A DNA stretch of 62,958 bases, counting the filler, from Dugesia japonica (Eukaryota), in NCBI GenBank assembly GCA_001938525.1. It is 6 parts of 6 records of this genome, joined end to end, with 100 filler letters (N's around TTAATTAATTAA, not from the genome) between each part and the next. Parts side by side here need not be neighbours in the genome. Positions count along the whole stretch, not along the records: positions 31,177 to 39,719 come from MQRL01594548.1; positions 39,820 to 50,362 come from MQRL01571188.1; positions 50,463 to 62,958 come from MQRL01637813.1; 3 more parts are not named here. One strand, 5' to 3'. How positions within the stretch are numbered: the first letter of the stretch is position 1; each line of letters opens with the position of its first letter. Below, in pieces: positions 39,401 through 50,830 of the stretch. The notes below the pieces were generated by a model. It was not told where the DNA came from and did not search any database. It was given only the letters and a program-made list of their open reading frames with translations. The translations under genes and the position numbers were made by a program.

Positions 39401-39719
39401 ATCAAAATCTTAAATCTAAACCAATTTATTTAAGTTGTAAAAGTTTCAATATAGATGATGAAATTGTTGATACAATGGCAGCAGTTCATTTAACAAAAAC
39501 AAATTTAAATTATAATAAATTTCCATATTTAGGATTTACAATTCTTGAATATGCAAAAGAAGTAATGTANNNNNNNNNNNNNNNNCAATTAGAACCAGAA
39601 GTAGGACAAGATAATTATAAAATTCATTATTCAGACACGGATTCCGTATTTGTTGAGATAAAACATAGAGATAATTTAGAAAAATTAAATAGATTAACAG
39701 GAAATGATTTATTTCAGAT
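36411..39719 (+). CDS. Protein-primed family B DNA polymerase with three N-terminal zinc fingers (Polinton/adintovirus type); near intact, 2 frameshifts plus gaps
   Basis: CPNC..H, CGMW..H, CELC..H..H fingers. After a shift at ~37120: GATYCKLP...INIENHDDKCLLYSVLA. Then YCDFE, CYYC...KDHNHFNGEFRCYAHSNCNL, FHNAMGYDNH, FLDSF, FPYDY, YMKLDVLILAD, RGG, YLDANSLY, YGKT, YSDTDS. Confidence 0.93.
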
Positions 39720-39819
39720 NNNNNNNNNNNNNNNNNNNNNNNNNNNNNNNNNNNNNNNNNNNNTTAATTAATTAANNNNNNNNNNNNNNNNNNNNNNNNN
39801 NNNNNNNNNNNNNNNNNNN

Positions 39820-40264
39820 AAAAAACTGATCCGATCAAAAAAAATTGATCCGATCAAAAATTTTTTGATCCCAAAAATCTTAGAAAAAAAAACTTATCCC
39901 AAAAATAGTAGCACAAAAATCATAGCACAATCTTAATGCGTTTCCGAGCCCCCCCCCGGGGGGTTCGCCCAGCGCTATGAATGTGCTAATGCGCTACTAT
40001 CCCTCTACTCTGGAAAGAAATANNNNNNNNNNNNNNNNNNNNNNNNNNNNNNNNNNNNNNNNNNNNNNNNNNAAAAAAACTGATCCGATCAAAAAAAATT
40101 GATCCGATCAAAAATTTTTTGATCCCAAAAATCTTAGGAAAAAAAACTTATCCCAAAAATAGTAGCACAAAAATCATAGCACAATCTTAATGCGTTTCCG
40201 AGCCCCCCCCCCGGGGGGTTCGCCCAGCGCTATGAATGTGCTAATGCGCTACTATCCCTCTACT
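39820..40264 (-). mobile_element. Polinton right terminus (...CTACTATCCCTCTACT), assembled twice (39820-40009 and 40073-40264)
   Basis: Reverse complement begins AGTAGAGGGATAGTAG and matches 12485-12655. Contains a CCCCCCGGGGGG palindrome and GATCCGATCAAAA repeats. Abuts a Gypsy integrase. Confidence 0.8.
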
Positions 40265-40995
40265 CTGGAAAGAAATACATTTTTGCTATAATTGATCAAT
40301 TTAGTAAATATACAATTTTAAAGGCTGTTACATCACAAGATGAAAAATCCATCACGAAATTACTTTTAAATGAATGGATTTTAAATTTTGAGACCCCTAA
40401 AACAATCCAAGTAGATAGAGACAAAGGCTTCAAATCAAATTTATTTCGAAATTTGTCAGAAAGATTTAATTTTGATATTATTTATTCAAGTCCCTATCAT
40501 CACCAAGCCAATGGACAAATAGAGATTGGCTATCTTGTAGTTTAAAAGATCAATTACATAAAAATTTGGAAGATGCACTACAACATATAGAATTTGCTTT
40601 AAATGCGATAACGCAAAAAAGTTTAAAATGTAGACCAACAGATATTGTTTTTGGCAAAAAAATAAACAAAGAAATGTTTGTCCATGAAATTCCATCTTGC
40701 GAAGATTCATTGGAATATATTAAATTGTTGAATGATGTTCGGAGTGAAAGAAAGGAAGTTATTCATAGTGCTAGTATGATTAGTGATTATAATAATGATA
40801 AAAGAATTCATAAACATTTCAAAATTGGTGATAATGTGCTGGTAAAATTAGACATGAGATAAACTGGAAAATAGATATGGAGGACCTTATAAAATTATAA
40901 ATGAAATACACAATAATAGCTTTAAATTGAGAAATTCTGAAAGTAAAGAGATAGTTTGAAATTTAGAATGGCTAAAGCTATTTAAAACGAGGGGG
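40265..40995 (+). mobile_element. Gypsy integrase core and C-terminus with polypurine tract
   Basis: GKKYIFAIIDQFSKY...IQVDRDKGF...SSPYHHQANGQIE, FKIGDNVLVK, GPYKII. PPT AAAACGAGGGGG (40984-40995) followed by TG. Confidence 0.85.
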
Positions 40996-43900
40996 TGTGA
41001 GATGATTATACATTCATCTCTTAGTACTCTTATAAAATAAATTATGTTTGATTGTATTTGTGTATGTCAGGCTATGTTGATTTATTTGTTTTAGTTCCGT
41101 ATTATTATTTCATAGATTTCCCCAAGACTGATTGATTCTAAAACATTATATATAGAAGCCGATGATGTCATATTGTATTAAAAATTTATTTTAGAAACTC
41201 TATTTGGACTTCTTTATAACAACTTTATCATAATTATATTTAATAATAGATTTAAATTCTTCAATATTATTTATGAAATAGAATAAGTCATCATGATTAT
41301 CTTTAGACTTTATAAATATATTCATTACTTTTTCATCATCTTTATAGTTAATAATAAAATCAACTAAAATATTTATAATTTCTCTATTATTACACACACA
41401 TCACATCACCATAACTATTAAACCTAAATGTACATTTGCACTTTCCACACGCATACATAGATCCTACCACTTCGCATCAATACCATAATACTTAAACACC
41501 TGACCGATTTTAAGGAAAACTGTGCCGTAACTCATCATGTGTTCTAGTGTGTTACCATCTTTTGTAGCTAGAACAAAGCACTTTACACCATAAGTTCTTT
41601 AGATAATCTATAAATATAATTTTATTCTCAATACAACTGTTGGGCTAAAACAGGCCAGTTTGGAAAATAAATAAATATTGCGAAATGACCAGAAAAGAAA
41701 CAATAAACTCAGCTCATCAGATTAAACTAAAACCCATGAAGATGATGAATGCTCAAATTAAATAATTGATCGGAAAAAAACTAGAAGAAAGGAAAATTAA
41801 CAGAAAAAGAACATATATTGTTTTTTATAAATATATAATTGATATACAAGTAGAATTATAATAAAAAGTTATTATAAATATAATAAAATAATTAATATCA
41901 GAAAGTAGAGTTAAAACAAAAGTAATTCGTATTAAAATATCGTATTAAAGTCGAACGAAAAATACGAGAAAGTAGATAGAAAATAAATCGGCATTATAAT
42001 TATAGTTAGAAGTATCAATAAAGGTAATATTATGTCAGTGGAGAATCATATTATATAATAAAAGTATTTAAATAGTTATCCTGTAATATTATTATTAATT
42101 GTCGTTAAATATTATTAAATATGAAGACAGAATTGGAATTAAGAGATCAGAATTTGATATAATGGGAGATAATAAAAATATAATTTAAAGTTTGTTAGGA
42201 ATATTAAAATAATTACAATTAATTAGGTATAAATCCCTCTGTATAATATAGAAACAAACAATCTAAAATTATTATTATTTTACAATAAATAATATTTAAA
42301 TTATTATTAAAGCATAAATATTATTATTTATAACGAAAAGAAATTAAGAATTTAAAGGCCCGAGTCGCATGAGAAGAAAGGAAATAAAAATATAAAATAG
42401 AATTTAATAATAATATCAAATTATTTATATTATTTCCTGTATTTATGTGTATTTATATGTGGAAACAGTGTTCCCAAATTTATTATTCTGNNNNNNNNNN
42501 NNNNNNNNNNNNNNNNNNNNNNNNNNNNNNNNNNNNNNNNNNNNNNNNNNNNNNNNNNNNNNNNNNNNNNNNNNNNNNNNNNNNNNNTTTTTTTTTATCT
42601 TCTTATGAAAGCACTACACATTGATTGAAAACTAAAATTTAAAACACACGCATGAACAAGCTGTAAATCGGGTGAGCACCGAGAAGCGGTAATAGCAATA
42701 GAATCTATTAGACTGATTGAGCACCGGCCATGCTATAGAATAACAAAAAAATGGTGAACAGAAAAACATGACTAAATATAGTCATTGTGAGCAAAACTGC
42801 CAGTGAGTACGGCACGACTCATTGAGTTTTTCTGAAAATTATTAGTGGTCGCTTGCAACATCTGCCAAAGAAAATACTATAAAATCAGAAACAAAATTTT
42901 GAATTTTAACTACTTTTCATTTGAATTCCACTTGCTAACTTATCGTTAAAAGTTACAAGTTGATTTATTAAATCGAGAGAACAACTTTTGGTAAAAGCAA
43001 ATTTTGAGAAAGTAATTCTTATGATTTTATTTTAAATTTTTATAAATTGATGAATGGAATACTGAGGCGAGGCTCATTGTTGACTAGCAGAGCTGGCAAC
43101 GATGGGTGGCGGAACTCAGAGATCCGTATAATGAGATCACGAGATCATTCACCATTTGATTCTGAGAACAAAACTGTGCATTTAGGATATGATACGAAAG
43201 AGAACCTATACTATATGAAGGAGTGGAATGAATTATATAAATGTGAGAAGTGAATAAAAATTATGCGAGAGGAGAATCTATGTTATGTGAAAGAGATCGT
43301 GTGCATAAGAGTAGTAAACTGATATCACGTGAATTAGAGTAGTAAACTGATATTATGTGAGCAAGANAAGCGAACGTGAANGNTGTTGNANAAATAAAAG
43401 TTGGAATATTCACTGAGATATGAGTTGATGATAATAATAAATGATCATGCAGTTAAATGATAAGTGAGAGAATACAATGGAGGGCGATTTAGTGATAACG
43501 TGATGTCACCAATAATTAGGGAACATGAATTAAGTGTTGAAAAAATGGATATCAACGCAGCGGAAATTACAGGTCGAAATCACGGACTTACAACGGAAGA
43601 ACTTCTAGTTACGGGACATCAACATCAAATTGAAAGAGAGGGACTTGGCGTTAGCGCAGTCTTGTCGGATGATGGCCGACATTATAAAAACATATGCCGA
43701 CAGAGAAGTGGCGCTAATTGCGACAGTTCACACCCTCACCCAGATATCGGGGAGAGAACCGGATAAAGGAAGAGACAAGGAGATCATTGACCTTGATGAT
43801 TACTGTTTTAGAAATCAAATTCTGTAAAGAAATGTTTGCGTTCAAAGATAAAATCCTCTTCAATGAAGATAAAATAAAATAAACCAATTATCAGAGCGGA

Positions 43901-44689
43901 ATACTACACAAAATTGAATCCTAAGACGGGATACAGCATAGTCTCGCGGAATCCGGTAATGGGGAATCTTGTTGCTGAAGAAAGCAACGCACATTTCTGT
44001 GGTTGCTAGGTATCAAGAAAGAAACAACAAGGAACAAAAACTGAATACCAATACATTATTTACACAACATCAAAAGCCTATTAACCCAACACAACCATAA
44101 AATTCTCACCTCAAAAAAGTAAAAGCACACACCTCTTTTGAGTCAACTTTCTCTTTTTACACCATATCTTTACACACACACACACTACACACACAAATAG
44201 TATGATATCATCACAAACACTTTACACACATACATGCGCAATAGCATCCGTCACCAATACAGCAATACTTTTTAAAGAAATATTTTTAAAAAATCGAATA
44301 AATTAAAACAAAATTTAAAATTCATAAATAATTAATTAATTAAAGCAAAAAAAATAAAAATTTTTGATCCGATCAAAAATCTTAAAATTCAAAATCCACG
44401 ATAACCCATACCAAAATTCAAGAACGGNNNNNNNNNNNNNNNNNNNNNNNNNNNNNNNNNNNNNNNNNNNNNNNNNNNNNNNNNNNNNNNNNNNNNNNNN
44501 NNNNNNNNNNNNNNNNNNNNNNNNNNNNNNNNNNNNNGGAGATGGATGAAATGTATTTCTAATAGTTTTATATCATCATCGTCTGAAGGAACATCGAGTA
44601 TTTACTCAATTTTTTTTCGCTAAGAGGGTTGGTGTTCTACTGAGCCACTATTTACCAACTTTAGACCTTCAAAGATAAGAGAGTCATTA

Positions 44690-45970
44690 TTTGCAATGTG
44701 AGATTATACATCAAGATGCCAAAAGGAAACGGTCTCCAATTAAAAGAATCAATACTTTAGTCAAAACAAACTTTGACAGAAGTCATTTTAAAGAATTACA
44801 GAAAAACGATCCAATAACGAGAGAAATCATTGAATATATTGAAAGTAGAATAATAAATAATAGCACAATGATTTCTAAAAGTAAATATTTTTCCAAACTT
44901 GTAAAGTTTGAGTTGGATGATGAGATATTAATTATCAATGAAGGAGACAAGAAAAAACAATTTTACTGTTAGGAAAAACGATACCTAACCTTATAGATTT
45001 CATACACGATGAATTATGTCATGTGTGAGGCTAAACACTGACGAAATATTTGAGTGTAAGTTATTTTTGCCCACAATGGAAAGGAATGTTTAACATCAGC
45101 TAAAATAATGTGTGATATATAACATTTGAAAAACGTACACTTGACGAACAAAGAAATTTTTTATTCTAAGAATCGAATTTGGACCATTAGAACAGGTTAT
45201 CATGGATATAGCTTACTTTCCAGAAGTGTAAACTAAAAAGAAATATATTCTCATCATGGTTGAAAGGTCTAGTAAATTAGTGTCATTCTTAGCATTAAGT
45301 AAACAGGATGAAACATCGGTAGTTGAGGCAATAAAAGAAAACTGAATATATCGTTTTGGTAAGCCAAAATCATTTTTGACCGACAGAGCAAACCTTTTTG
45401 AATGAAAGTAAATTCGGTCACTTGCAAAGAAATTTGTGATTAAATAAAAATTTTCCTTCCCATATCAACATCAATCAAATGGTTTAGCAGAAAGAAATAT
45501 TAGAACACTGCAGGATATGATAGTAACAATGATAAAGAAAGGCAGCACGGAATCAAGTTGGGACAAATTACTTCAACGAATTCAGTTTGCAATAAATGCG
45601 ACACAACTTAAATTGCCTGGTCTACCTCCTTTTGAAATTATCTTTGCAAGAAGATTTGTCTTACATTGATTATCAGAAGAAGGAAATTTGGAACCAGGAG
45701 AAATGAAGAAACAACCAGATGAAAATTTACAGAAAGCAGCTTAAAAATGAAACAAATACGAATGTGAAAAACGAACATACAGACATTTTGAAGAAGCAGA
45801 AAAAGAATTGGCGAAAATAGAACCACGCAAGTTAAAGAAATAAGGTTTCAGTTATAAGGGTTCTTATAAAACTAGTAAATTTATAAGCCCATGTCAGGTG
45901 CTTATAGATTATGTAGGACAGCTTAAACCCAGAAGACTTGAATGACTGAACAAAATTGAAAATAAGCATT
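44690..45970 (+). mobile_element. Decayed Gypsy integrase region
   Basis: LQKNDP, H...CH zinc-binding remnant, QVIMDI, KYILIMV, FGKPKSFLTDR, PYQHQSNGLAERNIRTL. Multiple stops. Confidence 0.8.
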
Positions 45971-46904
45971 AGAAAGAGAGAGATAAGTTATATATCGTTA
46001 ATAAAATTATATAAAGTTTTAAATTTTTTAATATTAAATTATATTATTTGTTTAGATGTTTTCAAGTTATTATTTGTTTAAATAGTTCATTATTAATAAA
46101 TAGTTTTTTGTTAAATAAATTATTATCGAAAATTCAAGATTTTTAATTTTTGATATCAACTTTTTATTTTATTATGGTAACAAACTCTATTTCAATTTTT
46201 AAAAAAATTCAAAAAAAACAAAAATTTAAATTAAAAAAAATATTTAAAAATTAAAAACAAAATTAAAAGAAAATATACTTTTTAATAAGTTAAAAATTAA
46301 AAAAAATTGTAAAATAAGATAACTTAATAAAAAATCAAATGAAAACATTAAAATGACATTACCCTTCTAATGTACGTAATCTCAAGTGACAGAATGATTA
46401 TTGTGGTCGGTAAATGTTCTAAATACATAACTACATAATCTAAATACATGTCGGTAGATTATTTTGTTATACCCATAGACAGTTACAGAAATGAGACTAT
46501 AATTTTCAGTGTTATGGGAGTTCTCACGGAAATCCCTTTGTTCCTCTTCCGAGGAATCACTTACAGGTATATTGATGAACCATGTGCAGTTTCATACGAG
46601 AATGTTGTAAAAGTTTATTTCAATTACATCCTTTTCTATATTCATACCCAAGAGAGTTGAGAATCCTTTTTTCATTGATGTGTCAATTATGATCTTTGGG
46701 TGTAAGATTATTAATGTTCCTCAATGTGAACTGTTGATGAAGCGAATTTTCTGATTGACAGACTTTTCTATTATACATTTTCTGTACTAGATTACAATGT
46801 GAGAACAGCACTGTAGAAATAGATGTTGTTTATTCGAACTAATATGTAATCGGCAGTTTTTAAAAATATATTTTGTCTATTTAGTTTCTTAGTTATAAAA
46901 CAAC

Positions 46905-49900
46905 ATGGCGTCAAGAGCAGTTTTGGAAGAATTTCTCAAATTCCTTCAAGGAAATACGNNNNNNNNNNNNNNNNNNNNNNNNNNNNNNNNNNNNNNNNNN
47001 NNNNNNNNNNNNNNNNNNNNNNNNNNNNNNNNNNNNNNNNNNNNNNNNNNNNNNNNNNNNNNNNNNNNNNNNNNNNNNNNNNNNNNNNNNNNNNNNNNNN
47101 NNNNNNNNNNNNNNNNNNNNNNNNNNNNNNNNNNNNNNNNNNNNNNNNNNNNNNNNNNNNNNNNNNNNNNNNNNNNNNNNNNNNNAACGACCAAAGTAAG
47201 TCCAATAATTAATATGCTTAATTGCAGACAGGAAAATATGTCTATTCGCGAATATTTAATGACCGTTCGAGTTGCAGGCATGAAGCCATTGCAAGATCAT
47301 GATGATATAGAACGAGAAGGGATCCTTATTAATATATTTTTAAAAGGGTTAAATAATCAAAATGCTGCCAAAGCGACTGAATTGATGAAACCAAAATCAC
47401 TTGAAGAAGCGTTTAATCTTATTAAAAAANNNNNNNNNNNNNNNNNNNNNNNNNNNNNNNNNNNNNNNNNNNNNNNNNNNNGACAGTCAAAGATCCAACG
47501 AAATAGAAATTTTAAAGAAACGAATATCCAATTTAGAATATAAAATAAGACAGATAGAAAAAATCATGTTATAAAAAATCATCTTAACCATGAAAAAACA
47601 TCAAAAGATTTTAAGAAAAAAATTGAATGTTATAATTGCAAAGAAGAAGGGCACATTGCAAGAAACTGTTTAAAACCTCTTAATTGTAATATTTGTAAGA
47701 AGACTGGACATATATCCAGATTTTGCAAAGGTAATGACAAAGTCCAAAAAAACAAAATATTNNNNNNNNNNNNNNNNNNNNNNNNNNNNNNNNNNNNNNN
47801 NNNNNNNNNNNNNNNNNCGAAAACAATAGTATTATTACTGATTATAAAAGTAAAACCGAGGAAGAAATGGATAATTTAAAATAGCAGCAAGTAAAAGAAA
47901 AACTATAAAAAATTCTAGGCCAGATATAAAATATCCAGATGATATTAATCAAATTGAGCAATTCATCAACGGATCAAGGAAAACAAATCCAATAAATGGN
48001 NNNNNNNNNNNNNNNNNNNNNNNNNNNNNNNNNNNNNNNNNNNNNNNNNATTATATGAATTCTATAAAACGACCAATGGTTAAGTCCAACAATTATTCTC
48101 GTAATAATTGCAATTGTAAAATAAGTAAAAAAAACTATAAAAAATTCTAGGTCAGAAATAAAATATCCAGACGACATTATTCAAATTGAACAATTCATCA
48201 ACGTATCAAGGAAAACAAATCCAATAAATGGGGCTACAAAAACGATGATATCAGAGAGCAGAAGTGAACCGGCGGCGAATAAACCAATTATTAGAGGTTG
48301 TATAGAAGATAAAAATGAAAAGATATTCATTGATTCAGGAGCAGAATCAAGTATAATCGACTATGGACTATTCCAGAAACTTCAAGAAAGAGAAGGACTC
48401 AAACTTTATCTATCCAACAAAGTGTTAAATTGTGCTAATGGGTCAAATATAAAGGTAATTGGTCATTCTATATTAAAATTGAAAATAGNNNNNNNNNNNN
48501 NNNNNNNNNNNNNNNNNNNNNNNNNNNNNNNNNNNNNNTATTATTACTGATTATAAAAGTAAAACCGAGGAAGAAAATGAATTATTTAAAATAGTAGCAA
48601 GTAAAAGAAAAAATATAAAAAATTCTAGGCCAGAAATTAAAAATCCAGACGATATTATTCAAATTGAGCAATTCGTCAATTCAGCGGCGAATAAACCAAT
48701 TATAAGAGGTTGTATAGAAGATAAAGATGAAAAGATATTCATAGATTCAGGAGCAGAATCAAATACTATCGACTATGGACTATTCCAGAAACTTTAAGAA
48801 AGAGAAGTATACAAATTATATCGATCCAACAAAGTGTTAAATTGTGCTAATGGGTCAAATATAAAGGTAATTGGTCATTCTATATTAAAAGTGAAAATAG
48901 GAAATAAAACTAGTAGAGTTAAGATGATAGTATTTGATAAATTATTTCCTCGTGTAATTATAGGCATTAAAGAAATGAAAATGCTGAATACTGCAGTGAT
49001 GCCAGCTAATGACTGCATTTTTGTAGATGAAGAACAAATCCCGTTTATCTCTATAGTAAGAGAGACTGAAAACTAGAACGCTCAGCTTATAAGAGTCCAG
49101 AAGCTGATGCGAACCATTACAGGGGGACTCAAATTTGAATTATTAGAATACTTATAGATAGAACTGTGGTAGTGAGTCCGAGAGAAGAAATAAACGTTTT
49201 AGCTAGAATTATTAGCGACGTGTTTAATTTAGATAATGTTTTATTTAGTCCTTACAAAGATATGTTGGCAGATAGAGGTCTTTTAGCGGCAAATAGTATT
49301 TCAAATGTAACTGAGGATGGCAGAATACCAATAANNNNNNNNNNNNNNNNNNATCGAGAGATTACGATATTTAAAAACACGAAAATGGGTACTGTGGAAC
49401 CACTAATAGAGACAGATCACATCAAAAAACATGTCTTTAGAAGTTACGATAAGGAAAATACAGATCATGTTCAATGTATTTTAAAATCACTAGCTACGAA
49501 TACAACAAATAGTATTGAGAAAATNNNNNNNNNNNNNNNNNNNNNNNNNNNNNNNNNNNNNNNNNNNNNNNNNNNNNNNNNNNNNNNNNNNNNNNNNNNN
49601 NNNNNNNNNNNNNNNNNNNNNNNNNNNNNNNNNNNNNNNNNNNNNNNNNNNNNNNNNNNNNNNNNNNNNNNNNNNNNNNNNNNNNNNNNNNNNNNNNNNN
49701 NNNNNNNNNNNNNNNNNNATTGTTCGAGAGAGCTCAAGCCCATGGTCATCAGCAATCGTTATTTGTCAAAAGAAGAGCGGCGATATAAGACTATGCGTTG
49801 ATTATTGAAAACGTAATTCAGTAACGAAAAAACCCATTTACCCAATTCCAGACAACCAGCAACTTTTTGACTCATTATCAGGAGCAAGATATTTCAGTGC

Positions 49901-50362
49901 TTTAGATTTATCAAGCGGTTACTACAATATTGAGTTAAATGAACATTATAAAGAAAAAACAGCATTTGCAACTAGTAGAGGACAATATAAATTTAACAGA
50001 TTGCCTTTTGGATTGTGTGGAGCACCCGAAACGTTTCAGAGATTAATGTATCTCATTTTACGAGAAGAAAATTTTGAAAAATGTGAAATATACTTAGATG
50101 AAATTCTCATCTTTGGAAAAGATTTTGAAGAACATAACGAGAAACTAAGAACAGTATTAGAGAAAATACGATAAACAGGAGTCAAATTATCACCTACAAA
50201 GTGCCCTTTTCTACGAGATTCAGTTAAATATTTGGGTCATATTATATCTGAAAGAAGAATGGAAACAGATCCAGATAAAATTATAGCCTTTCAAAATTGG
50301 CAGCCACCACAAACAAATGAAGATTTGCAATGTTTCTTAGGATTCTGTAACTATTACAGAAA
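46905..50362 (+). mobile_element. Gypsy LTR retrotransposon gag-pro-RT (gapped, partly duplicated, decayed)
   Basis: Gag with CYNCKEEGHIARNC and CNICKKTGHISRFC knuckles. Protease FIDSGAES. RT motifs SSPWSS, RLCVDY, ALDLSSGYY, TAF..GQY.F.RLPFGL, YLDEILI, YLGH, FLGFCNYYR. Confidence 0.92.
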
Positions 50363-50499
50363 NNNNNNNNNNNNNNNNNNNNNNNNNNNNNNNNNNNNNN
50401 NNNNNNTTAATTAATTAANNNNNNNNNNNNNNNNNNNNNNNNNNNNNNNNNNNNNNNNNNNNTTCCTGTAGTTTGAATGGAATCAAATAAAGTTGAATG

Positions 50500-50830
50500 C
50501 TATGTACTGGGTTTAATAAAAATAGTTAAGCAAGAAATGAAGAAACTATTAAACATTCATTTGAAGCCAAGCTAGGAAACTTTGGCATCAACTAACAACG
50601 CAGCTGCTGTAATGAAAAAAAACGGGAAATATTAGATGTTTTAAATCAGCTTTGCCATATTCATGCACTCCATTTGACCGTAATGGACTGTTTTTATATA
50701 CCAATAAATTCTTCTCCTAATGAAGCGTTGGACTTGGACGATATCGAAAATTTTGTTGATGATAAAATTGAAGATGATGTAGAAGAAGATTTCAGAGAAN
50801 ATCTGTATTCGGATAACAATTTGGAGTTAG
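50500..50830 (+). pseudogene. hAT (hATm-like) transposase fragment
   Basis: NNAAAVMKK and QLCHIHALHLTVMDCFY (CxxH motif) followed by an acidic stretch. Confidence 0.55.

Larger units (their letters stand above)
35811..39719 (+). mobile_element. Left portion of a Polinton-like element: terminus, repeat array, ZnF-pPolB
   Basis: AGTAGATAGA terminus at 35811, array from ~35843, pPolB ATG at 36411. Cut by the linker at 39720. Confidence 0.75.

Noticed and set aside
39820-40276. Tandem duplication of the Polinton terminus (similar duplications at 22090-23455, 47820-48900, 61440-62090)
   Set aside because: The copies flank N gaps and overlap the same downstream sequence. Most likely unmerged contigs or haplotypes.
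43047-43827. Short GC-richer ORFs
   Set aside because: No recognisable motif and overlapping frames. Probably a retroelement remnant, but unsupported.
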